A DNA stretch of 64,000 bases, from assembly GCA_002435865.1 (NCBI GenBank), contig DIWV01000002.1, positions 127,370 through 191,369 of the forward strand, given 5' to 3'. The stretch is from Cloacimonetes bacterium UBA6097 (GTDB taxonomy: Bacteria > Cloacimonadota > Cloacimonadia > Cloacimonadales > Cloacimonadaceae). Shown piece after piece: positions 28,441 to 36,461 of this stretch. The notes beneath the pieces were generated by a model. That model worked only from the letters and a program-made list of their open reading frames with translations, ran no database searches and had not been told where the DNA came from. The position numbers and the translations under genes are program-made. Within the stretch, counting starts at the first letter, position 1; every line of letters starts with the position of its first letter.

Positions 28441-29460
28441 TCAAAATCCTTTAGGCACTAAATCCAATTTGTTAATAGATATATTGATATATTCAAGGTT
28501 TTCCCAAACTCGTAAGACTTCAATGTAATCCCAATACTTAAGCTTGTCTTTTAATCCCTGAACACCACTTGCGTGCTTTCTAATCTTTTCTATTTGTTTT
28601 GCATCTGATACTGCAACAATTCCTTGAACCGCATTATTATTTAAGGATTTGAGTAAATTCATGCAAAGACTATCTATGCTACCTTTGGTTTGAACTTCAA
28701 AAACATAGATAACCCTTCCCATGTTTCCAATTGTCTGTTCCCAAATGGTGTCAACTTTTGAACCATCAGCAACCCTCTTTTCAATATCTGCTGTAAACCC
28801 AAGCCAATTGCCAATGTCTTTGATTTTATCTCTTACTTCATTGTGGAGTTTTTTATCAGATATATTTTTAATATTAATTTCTTTACCTGATACTTCAAAT
28901 TCATTTTTTCTACTTGGTTCTTTAATTTTCTTTCTTTCTTTTACTTTTTTGGTTTTTTCTCTAACAATCTTAGCTTTTTCGATGAGTTTTGGGTCAAATT
29001 CATATACTTTCTTAGCTATATTCTGTTCAAACAGAACTCTTTCCAGATACTTACCATCTGCATCACTTAATTTATTTAGGCTTCCCCTAACCATCATCGT
29101 CCATTTCTGGCTTGTTTTTGGCAGATTTTTTGTAAAGGAAAGATTCTTCCAGATAATATCTTCTTTTATTGGTAGACTGTTTTTAAAATTAAGCCAAACA
29201 AGTTCTTTGACTTTAAACCTTATGCAAAAAGGATCTTCTTTGGTCATAAATATTGGAGTTGAATCTTCAAAATAGTTCGATTTAACTTCTAAAATCCCAA
29301 ACCATCTTGAGAGTCTTGTAACATAACATATTAATTTATCACCAGGCTTCATCTTCGCAGCAATGTTCTCTTGTCTTTTTCTAAAGCCAGAAATAAATTT
29401 ATCTGAATCCTTGAATGCCTGATATGTTTCAGGAGAGAATAAATCAATATAATAAGCCAT
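28441..29460 (-). CDS. EVE/PUA-like domain fused to restriction-endonuclease-like (PD-(D/E)xK-type) domain; putative modification-dependent nuclease
   Basis: 339 aa. Residues 1-145 read YYIDLF...KPGDKLICYVTRLSRWFGILEVKSNYFEDSTP...FCIRFKVKELVWL...GSLNKLSDADG, which resembles the EVE fold pattern. Residues 160-200 form a Lys-rich linker. Residues 205-300 read HNEVRDKIKDIGNWLGF...VDTIW...VIYVFEVQTKG...GIVAV, giving candidate catalytic residues D237 and E255/Q257-x-K259. Confidence 0.7.
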   Translation of the reverse strand: MAYYIDLFSPETYQAFKDSDKFISGFRKRQENIAAKMKPGDKLICYVTRLSRWFGILEVKSNYFEDSTPIFMTKEDPFCIRFKVKELVWLNFKNSLPIKEDIIWKNLSFTKNLPKTSQKWTMMVRGSLNKLSDADGKYLERVLFEQNIAKKVYEFDPKLIEKAKIVREKTKKVKERKKIKEPSRKNEFEVSGKEINIKNISDKKLHNEVRDKIKDIGNWLGFTADIEKRVADGSKVDTIWEQTIGNMGRVIYVFEVQTKGSIDSLCMNLLKSLNNNAVQGIVAVSDAKQIEKIRKHASGVQGLKDKLKYWDYIEVLRVWENLEYINISINKLDLVPKGF

Positions 29461-29815
29461 CTTTGATTCCTTATTGTTTTTTTTAAAAGGAAATAGAAAG
29501 TCATATTTGTCAAGAAATATTCATCAAGATTATACTTTAAGCTCAAGCATATGTTCTACTTCCATATTTCTTTCAATCGGATTTCTAGTACTTAGCTATC
29601 TTTGCACATCAGTCAAATCATAATAGAATTACGGAGTAAGTCCGTAATGGTAGCGTATTGCTCTTAATTAAAAATGGTACAACCCCTGGCATAGATTTTT
29701 AAAGTAATGTACTGCTTCAATTAATTTGCGGATAAAGCATATGTTTTCAATTCCTGCTATATCCAATAACCATGCTTATTCCCATGTTTCTTTCTTCTTT
29801 ATATCTTAATTACAA

Positions 29816-29870
29816 CCCGGGTAGTTCCCGGGTAGTTCCCGGGTGATTCGCGGGTGAAACCCGGGAAGTA
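29816..29870. repeat. Tandem 11-nt repeat x5
   Basis: CCCGGGTAGTT CCCGGGTAGTT CCCGGGTGATT CGCGGGTGAAA CCCGGGAAGTA, read directly from the sequence. Confidence 0.85.
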
Positions 29871-30000
29871 CCTGATATAATCCCGGTATAATCTTGGGAT
29901 GAATTAAAGAGTGAAAAGATACGACAAATGGACTGCGTTCATTTGAATTAAAAATTTAGATTAAGAATTAAAAGAGATATTTAATCACAGAAAACAGCGT

Positions 30001-30202
30001 GGATCCCTGTCCCGTTCTTCAACGGGAGGGACCCTCGAACCGCAGGAATGACGGGAAAGGAAATGGATCCCCGCCTTCGCGAGGATGACGTAAGGGATGG
30101 CAAGCTCCTGTTTGCCATTTGCCAAGCTGGAGCTTGGCAACCCTAAAAAACTGGATGATGCTTTCGCATGAGAGAAGTTTCTGCCTTCGCTGGTATGACA
30201 TC
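30001..30202. repeat. Cluster of family-B short repeats (GGATCC...GC..GGAATGAC/GAGGATGACG type)
   Basis: The units are GGATCCCTGTCCCGTTCTTCAACGGGAGGGACCCTCGAACCGCAGGAATGACGG, GGATCCCCGCCTTCGCGAGGATGACG, the CCAAGCTGGAGCTTGG hairpin and TTTCTGCCTTCGCTGGTATGACATC. They generate the spurious ORF 30019-30204. Confidence 0.7.
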
Positions 30203-30285
30203 AAAGAATCCCGTAGGGATGCTATATGGTAGCCCAGGATTTTGAATCCTGGGTATGGATGAATAATATTTTTTTTTTGTAACTC

Positions 30286-30331
30286 CCCCCATCTCAGTCA
30301 TGCGACAAAGGTCGCATGACTGAGATGGGGG
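30286..30331. repeat. Perfect 21-bp-stem hairpin flanked by T-runs on both strands
   Basis: CCCCCATCTCAGTCATGCGAC AAAG GTCGCATGACTGAGATGGGGG. It is preceded by T10 and followed by AAGTGCTTTTTTTG. Confidence 0.85.
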
Positions 30332-30469
30332 AAGTGCTTTTTTTGTATTTTGTGTTCATATCTTTCCCAGGGTTCGAAACCCTGGGCTAATAAATGTCAC
30401 CCTTACGGGTTGTTTGGCACATAGCTGCTTTGCACCCTTGCGACTTTGCGTTTAAAAATAACTTAGTTA

Positions 30470-30675
30470 TGCCATTTGCAAAAAGGCGCTACTCTCTTTT
30501 CCCTCTGAGTCTCTGTGGTGAAAGGAAATATGGAACTGGATCCCCGCCTTCACGAGGATGACGAATAGGGAATAACTTTGCGGCTTTGCATCTTTGTGCC
30601 TTTGCGTTTTGGATTTATGCCTTTTGGAAAAAGGTGCTACTCTCTTTCTCCTCTGAGTCTCTGTGGTGAAAAAAC
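30470..30675. repeat. Two about 56-nt direct repeats (family C, ...CTCTGAGTCTCTGTGGTGAAA)
   Basis: 30470-30525 reads TGCCATTTGCAAAAAGGCGCTACTCTCTTTTCCCTCTGAGTCTCTGTGGTGAAAGG. 30618-30675 reads TGCCTTTTGGAAAAAGGTGCTACTCTCTTTCTCCTCTGAGTCTCTGTGGTGAAAAAAC. A third partial copy lies at 35765-35790. Confidence 0.8.
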
Positions 30676-30852
30676 GGACAGGCACAAGACCTGTCCCTAC
30701 AAGCATAAAAAAACATAGATCCCCGATCGGGTCGAGGATGACGGACGCAGGTAATCTATAGCATAAATAAGTTGACAAATATCATGGCAATCGGTAACGT
30801 TATATTAGCGTGGTTCAGCGCATTAAATCAATTAAAACCTGGGGAGGAAAAG

Positions 30853-31944
30853 ATGAGAAAGAGTTTTTTTGTTGTCCTGTGTTTAATTATAATACTGCTT
30901 CTGGTAATGTCCTGCAGTACAAAATCCACCGAACCGAAAACCGTAGCTACCCCAACCTTTTCTCCTGCCGGAGGTACTTATTCTTCCGGACAGACGGTTA
31001 CCATCTCCTGTGCTACAAGCGGTGCGGAAATAAGATATACTTCTGACGGAACTGTACCGACCTCTGCATCAACATTGTATAGTGCTCCTATAACAGTATC
31101 TGCCACATCAACTATCAAAGCCAAAGGCTTCAAAGATGGCTGGGATGCCAGCCAGACTGCAACTGCAGCGTACATTATTTATGCACTTCCTGCAGAATTT
31201 GTACTTGTTGAAGGCGGGACTTTCTTTAACGGTTTATCAAACGTCACTCTTAGCAGCTATTACATTTCCAAATATGAGCTGACCCAGACCGAATACACTG
31301 CTGTGATGGGAACGAACCCGTCTAATCATCAGAGTGTTACAAATGGACCTGTGGAAAATATGTCCTGGCTCAATACTATTGTGTATTGTAATAAACGCAG
31401 CGTGATGGAAGGTCTGACCCCCTGCTACAGTTACAGCACCTTTGGAACAAATCCGGTCAACTGGCCGGAAGAATGGGATGATGAAGACGTTTATCCGCCC
31501 TATTCAAATCATGAATTGATTGCCTGTAACTGGGCTGCTAATGGATATCGTCTGCCCACTGAGATGGAATGGGAATACGCTGCCAGGGGTGGAAATCTAT
31601 CCCAGGGATATACATACAGTGGAAGTAATGATATAGATTCAGTAACCTGGTACTCAGATAATTCAGGCAATACTACTCATCCCGTAGACTCCAAAGCTCC
31701 CAATGAATTGGGAATATATAATATGAGCGGTAATGTTAATGAAATGGTATGGGATATTCAGGATGCATATCCTGCAGGTGACCAAACCAATCCGCATGGA
31801 CCTGAAAATGGTTGGTATAGAGCTGTCCGCGGAGGTGAGTATTTGGGACTGGAAGCACACTGCCAGGTTAATTACCGGGGAGCTTGTTCTGTAACGTATC
31901 CTTCTTTCAACCGTGGTTTCCGTATTGCCAAAAACTATCCGTGA
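30853..31944 (+). CDS. Lipoprotein with chitobiase/Hex C-terminal-like Ig domain and FGE-sulfatase (SUMF1-like) domain
   Basis: A GGGGAGGAAAAG RBS precedes the ATG at 30853 (the track ORF starts further upstream at 30772, inside repeat DNA). Lipobox is MRKSFFVVLCLIIILLLVMSC. The Ig-like segment reads PTFSPAGGTYSSGQTVTISC...IRYTSDGTVPT. The FGE motifs are GYRLPTEMEWEYAARGG...YNMSGNVNEMVWD...RGG. Confidence 0.85.
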   Translation: MRKSFFVVLCLIIILLLVMSCSTKSTEPKTVATPTFSPAGGTYSSGQTVTISCATSGAEIRYTSDGTVPTSASTLYSAPITVSATSTIKAKGFKDGWDASQTATAAYIIYALPAEFVLVEGGTFFNGLSNVTLSSYYISKYELTQTEYTAVMGTNPSNHQSVTNGPVENMSWLNTIVYCNKRSVMEGLTPCYSYSTFGTNPVNWPEEWDDEDVYPPYSNHELIACNWAANGYRLPTEMEWEYAARGGNLSQGYTYSGSNDIDSVTWYSDNSGNTTHPVDSKAPNELGIYNMSGNVNEMVWDIQDAYPAGDQTNPHGPENGWYRAVRGGEYLGLEAHCQVNYRGACSVTYPSFNRGFRIAKNYP

Positions 31945-32114
31945 TTGATTAAGAATTGCAGATAATCTGAACAGCGTGTCTTCCCAAACTTGATTTGGGA
32001 TCCAGCTCCGCTAAAGAAATCCGGAATGACATAAAGAGGTTGACAAGATATCAGGTCTGACGTTCTTTTGCAATATACATTTGAATAAATTATGAATACT
32101 ATATAGAACAATTT

Positions 32115-35100
32115 ATGGGGGATATCATGAAGTGTTTATTAGTAGCAATAATGTTATTCATGGTGGTCGGTTTGGCATTTGCCGAATGGACTGTTGTAGG
32201 TTCTTATCCCATCAGCGGAAAAGCTTCCGGGCTTGCTTCTGACGGGACATATCTTTACTACGGCATCTATGGTACAAACGGTGGTCGCGTCTACCGGTTT
32301 AATCCGGCAAATCAACAGGAAACTATGCTGTTTGATAATTCAACAATTAACGACAGCTATGGAATGACCTATGACGGTCAGTATCTCTGGATTACAGACC
32401 ACGTTACTTCTACGACTGTTCCTGCTTATGCTCTCCAGCTTGATTTTACAGGTGCAGTTGTTTCACAGTTTAATCTTCCCGACTATTATATGTCCGGTAT
32501 TGCCTATGATGACGGGAACTACTGGGTTAATACCTATTATCCTGACCCCGGGACAATTTATAAAGTAACCGGTACAGGAGCTATTCTTCAACAGTTTACA
32601 GCTCCCAATGCACAGCCCTGGGATATATGCGTGGAAGGTAACAATCTCTGGATAGCAGATTACAACGCATCAATGTTTTATAAAGTTACTGAGACAGGTA
32701 CTGTTTTGGAAAGTCATGCTTCAGAGATTCAAAGACCTGCAGGTGTAGTATATGATGGGCAGTATTTGTGGTATGTGGCAGGAGCTTTGAGCGCTCCCAG
32801 CACTCTTTATAAAGTAGATTTATCCGGTACAGGGACTCCCGTTATCAATGTAGCTGTTGATGAATATGATTTTGGCAATGTAATAGCCACTCAAACCGCA
32901 ACTGATAATATCACTGTTACAAACACAGGAGTTGGTGACCTGATATTAAATAATATAAATTTCTCCTCTGCCTTTTATTCAACCACTGCTGTTTTACCGG
33001 ATACACTGTCGCAGAATGAAAGTGTTCAGATCCCTGTAACGTTCTCACCTAACGCCCTGGGAGAATTTCCTGATGTTATGACCATTGCTTCCAATGACCC
33101 GATACATCCGGCCGTGACGGTAGATTTAACCGGGTATGGAGTTTCAGCCAATGCATCAATTGCACTCTCGCCTTTAACAACAGATTATGGAGTGGTCAGG
33201 ATAAATGGTGATACAGGCAGGTTTTTCACTATTCTTAACCAGGGATTAGCCAGTCTTCTGATTACCAGCATCAGTTTCTCTAATCCTGATTTCTTTATTG
33301 ATAACAGCGTTCAACTGCCTATTAACCTCCTTACCCGGGAGGAATATTCACTGCGTATTTGGTTCAGTCCAGGTTCTGCAGGACAGATTATATCCACTGC
33401 CTTTTTCAGTAGTAATGATCCCGTAAATCCTCAGGCAAGCATTAGTCTCACAGGAGTTGGAGAAGCATCGAACCTGGCAATGGGTTCGCAGCTTTGGGAT
33501 TATCAGATTGAAGACGGAACTTTCACAAATATCAGGGCAATCAAGCCAATATCCGATATCTGGGGTAACGGACTAGACGATGTGATTGAATGCGGAGAAG
33601 ACTATTATGTAAGAGCTTTGAACGGTAATTCCAGCGGAACTGCAGATGTTATCTGGGAACAATATATATATTCCGGGGCTATATATTCATACCGTGGTCT
33701 GGCAATCAGCAATGACCTTAACGGTGACGGAATCAAAGATGTGGTTGTCGGCACTACAGGCGGAGACCGTGCAGTAAGGGCATATTCAGGAAAAACAGGG
33801 ACTTTGCTCTGGATTTTTAATACTGATATTTACGGAGAAGGCGGCTGGGTATACATGGTGGATGCAGGTCATGATTTTAATAATGACCAGATACCTGATG
33901 TACTTGCAGCAACAGGTGATGATGCATATGAAACAGGACCTAAACGTGTTTTCCTGATTAATGGAGCTACCGGATTAGTGATTTGGGAACGTTATGCACA
34001 GGGTCCTGCCTTTGCAGTAATAAGCGTAGAAGATTTTACCAATGACGGGGTACCGGATGTAGTTTCCGGAACTTCCAACGAAGCGGAAAACCAGGCATTT
34101 GTAAAAGGTATTAACGGAGCGACCGGAGCTATAGAATGGAGCATGGAACCAGCCGGAACATCTGTATGGGCTCTGGCTCAGATAGATGATTTGAACAATG
34201 ACAACATTGATGATATAATTATCGGTTCTTTTAATGACAACGGTAACTATTATGCTTTAAACGCTGCTACAGGCAGTGTCATCTGGTCCGGTTCTACAGG
34301 AGCATCACTGATTATGCAGTTTGAAGTATTGGGAGATGTTAACGGAGACGGATTTAATGATATAGCTATTGGTCATGTTTCACCAAATGCTGTTCTTGTA
34401 AGCGGATTGACAGGTCAATTCATCTGGTCTCAACCAATTGCTGATAACGGCTGGTATATAGCTAACGGCGGCGACCTGACAGGTGACGGGATAAATGACC
34501 TGATGATAGGCACTCTATATATAAATAATGCAGCATACTATATAGACAGTACAGACGGGGATATTCTGGCAACTATAACACCAGGAACTCCCGTAGATGC
34601 AATAGGAGCAATCAGGGATGTAACAGGAGATAACTCCAAGGAAATGATTGTCGGAGGAAGGAACGGTACTATCCGTTGTTATTCCGGTGGACCTGTTACA
34701 TTACCTAATCCGGGATATATTGCAGGTTCTGTAGCCATATCAGAAGGACCCGGAATCATTACACAGGTAGTCGTATCGGCAGGAAACGTAAATGTAAATC
34801 CAAACCAGCAAGGGGAATATACTATAACTATTGCACCGGGAACGTACACTGTTACTGCCACTCTTCCCGGCTATTATGCACCACCTATTCCCAATGTGAC
34901 TGTTATTGCAGGTCAGACTGTTGGTGATGCTTTTTTCCCGTTACAATTGCTGCCGTTGGTACATCCGGTTAATCTGGCAGTTAATGTTGAGACTGGCGTC
35001 TTTACCTGGGAGGATTCCTTATCAGCACATGATTATTATCCTGACAGCTATAACGTCTACCTGGATGGTAATCTGGCAGGAAATACGACTGATTCGATCT

Positions 35101-35513
35101 ATACTTTTGCCGGTCTGGTAGTTAATACCACATATCTTGCTGGTGTGCAGGGAGTTTACCCTACCGGTGAAACTGATATAGTAACTACTCAATTCACTTA
35201 TACCGGTTCAGGAATCGGTGATGAGCCAGTTCCCATAGTTACCGGATTACTGGGTAACTATCCAAATCCTTTCAATCCAAGCACAACTATCAGCTTTTCA
35301 TTGGAGAAATCAGATTATGTTACTTTAGAAATTTATAACGTAAAAGGTGAAAAGATTAGGCGGCTTGTAGGCGAAACTATGAAAAGAGGTATACACTATC
35401 TCTTATGGGATGGGAAGGATGACTCACATAAACAACAGGCAAGTGGTGTCTATCTGTATCGTTTTGTTACAGGCAAACATAGCGAAACAGGTAAAATGCT
35501 GCTCCTTAAATAG
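32115..35513 (+). CDS. Giant secreted protein: N-terminal propeller-like region, Ig-like domains, 7 FG-GAP/VCBS-type repeats, CarboxypepD_reg-like and Fn3-like domains, T9SS C-terminal domain
   Basis: Signal peptide MKCLLVAIMLFMVVGLAFA (the start may be the ATG at 32127, 5 nt after GGGGG). The seven Ca-binding-like loops are DLNGDGIKDVVVG, DFNNDQIPDVLAA, DFTNDGVPDVVSG, DLNNDNIDDIIIG, DVNGDGFNDIAIG, DLTGDGINDLMIG and DVTGDNSKEMIVG. The C-terminus is NYPNPFNPSTTISFSL...LEIYNVKGEKI...SGVYLYRFVTG. Confidence 0.85.
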   Translation: MGDIMKCLLVAIMLFMVVGLAFAEWTVVGSYPISGKASGLASDGTYLYYGIYGTNGGRVYRFNPANQQETMLFDNSTINDSYGMTYDGQYLWITDHVTSTTVPAYALQLDFTGAVVSQFNLPDYYMSGIAYDDGNYWVNTYYPDPGTIYKVTGTGAILQQFTAPNAQPWDICVEGNNLWIADYNASMFYKVTETGTVLESHASEIQRPAGVVYDGQYLWYVAGALSAPSTLYKVDLSGTGTPVINVAVDEYDFGNVIATQTATDNITVTNTGVGDLILNNINFSSAFYSTTAVLPDTLSQNESVQIPVTFSPNALGEFPDVMTIASNDPIHPAVTVDLTGYGVSANASIALSPLTTDYGVVRINGDTGRFFTILNQGLASLLITSISFSNPDFFIDNSVQLPINLLTREEYSLRIWFSPGSAGQIISTAFFSSNDPVNPQASISLTGVGEASNLAMGSQLWDYQIEDGTFTNIRAIKPISDIWGNGLDDVIECGEDYYVRALNGNSSGTADVIWEQYIYSGAIYSYRGLAISNDLNGDGIKDVVVGTTGGDRAVRAYSGKTGTLLWIFNTDIYGEGGWVYMVDAGHDFNNDQIPDVLAATGDDAYETGPKRVFLINGATGLVIWERYAQGPAFAVISVEDFTNDGVPDVVSGTSNEAENQAFVKGINGATGAIEWSMEPAGTSVWALAQIDDLNNDNIDDIIIGSFNDNGNYYALNAATGSVIWSGSTGASLIMQFEVLGDVNGDGFNDIAIGHVSPNAVLVSGLTGQFIWSQPIADNGWYIANGGDLTGDGINDLMIGTLYINNAAYYIDSTDGDILATITPGTPVDAIGAIRDVTGDNSKEMIVGGRNGTIRCYSGGPVTLPNPGYIAGSVAISEGPGIITQVVVSAGNVNVNPNQQGEYTITIAPGTYTVTATLPGYYAPPIPNVTVIAGQTVGDAFFPLQLLPLVHPVNLAVNVETGVFTWEDSLSAHDYYPDSYNVYLDGNLAGNTTDSIYTFAGLVVNTTYLAGVQGVYPTGETDIVTTQFTYTGSGIGDEPVPIVTGLLGNYPNPFNPSTTISFSLEKSDYVTLEIYNVKGEKIRRLVGETMKRGIHYLLWDGKDDSHKQQASGVYLYRFVTGKHSETGKMLLLK

Positions 35514-35519
35514 ATAAAA

Positions 35520-35790
35520 CACAGGCAGGAGAGATTTAACCGCAGAAAGCACAGAAAAACAGACAAAGAATTAGAACACGAAATACACTAAAAAGAAGAA
35601 ATATACGAAAACAACACTTTAGTGTCATTCCGTACTTAATACGAAATCCAGCTCCGCAATAAAAGTCTGCGAAACAGACAAATGTTATAACTTAAAACCT
35701 GGATAACAGCCTGCGCTGGAATGACCCAACCACTTAACTCGTAACTCGTAACTCGTAACATAAACCCTCTGTGTCTCTGTGGTGAAAAAA
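35520..35790. repeat. Intergenic mosaic of short repeats (families B and C, AACTCGT x3)
   Basis: It contains GTCATTCCGTACTTAATACGAAATCCAGCTCCGC (the 12-mer ATCCAGCTCCGC is shared with 31999-32010) and CCTGCGCTGGAATGACC. It also has the AACTCGT heptamer x3 at 35736-35756 and CCCTCTGTGTCTCTGTGGTGAAAAAA. Together these explain the spurious ORF 35636-35827. Confidence 0.7.
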
Positions 35791-36447
35791 TCACATAGTC
35801 AGGTTGTGGCTGTTTTCCTTCAGCCATTTACGTCTCGATTTATAATCCGGTATAATGGATTCCACTTTGTGCCAGAAGGCTTTGGAGTGGTCATGATGTT
35901 TTAGGTGAACAAGTTCGTGCACAACAACATAGTCGATGATTTCCAAAGGAGCCATAATCAACCGCCAGCTGAAATTGACATAGCCTTTGGGAGAACAGGA
36001 ACCCCATCTCTGTTTAGCATTGGATAATCTGATTGCTTTAACTTGTAGTCCTGTTGCTGCTGAATATTGCTCTACCCTATCTGTAATGACCTGCAAAGCT
36101 TCTTTTTTGTACCATGAATATAAAACTTTCTGCACATGATGACTGTGCTTTGGTGCTATATATAGCTTTCCGTGAAGTTCTACAGTTGATTTAAGGATAT
36201 CGGAAAACTCCAGGATATAGCTTTCACCCAGATAGAGAAACTCCTCGCCTTCTGTAAAAGCTTTTTGTATCACAGCATTGTTACGGACTCTGGTTACTTG
36301 TTTCTCTATCCAGTCCTGCTTCTTCAGGATAAAATCCTCAATCACCTTTACTGATAACTTCAGAGGTGCACGTACTTCAAGTTCGCCATCCTTAGTTATA
36401 TGAATGGCTAAAGTTCTGCGTCTGGAGCGGATAAGATTATATTCCAT
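35791..36447 (-). CDS. YgjP-like metal-dependent hydrolase (DUF45 / M48-SprT-like)
   Basis: 218 aa. RRRTLAIHITKDGELEVRAP...WGSCSPKG.VNFSWRLIMAP...IDYVVVHELVHLKHHDHSKAFW, the HExxH-containing DUF45 signature. Confidence 0.85.
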   Translation of the reverse strand: MEYNLIRSRRRTLAIHITKDGELEVRAPLKLSVKVIEDFILKKQDWIEKQVTRVRNNAVIQKAFTEGEEFLYLGESYILEFSDILKSTVELHGKLYIAPKHSHHVQKVLYSWYKKEALQVITDRVEQYSAATGLQVKAIRLSNAKQRWGSCSPKGYVNFSWRLIMAPLEIIDYVVVHELVHLKHHDHSKAFWHKVESIIPDYKSRRKWLKENSHNLTM

Positions 36448-36461
36448 GGGTATTAAGTCTG

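Noticed and set aside
26641-29460. tRNA-targeted integrative element (genomic island with integrase and att sites)
   Set aside because: No integrase, recombinase or transposase ORF is present. The cassette lies on the 5' (promoter) side of the tRNA cluster rather than at a tRNA 3' end. I found no duplicated tRNA 3' segment. Only a weak CAT(N)TTTCTTTC-like motif recurs at about 26990, 29563 and 29783, which is too short and AT-rich to call an att repeat.
30772-30852. Upstream extension of the FGE lipoprotein ORF (start at 30772), and the similar N-terminal extensions at 63076 and 49921
   Set aside because: Each extension lies in repeat or promoter DNA. In each case an internal ATG has a strong RBS and is followed at once by a signal peptide or lipobox, or for queH by the conserved N-terminus.
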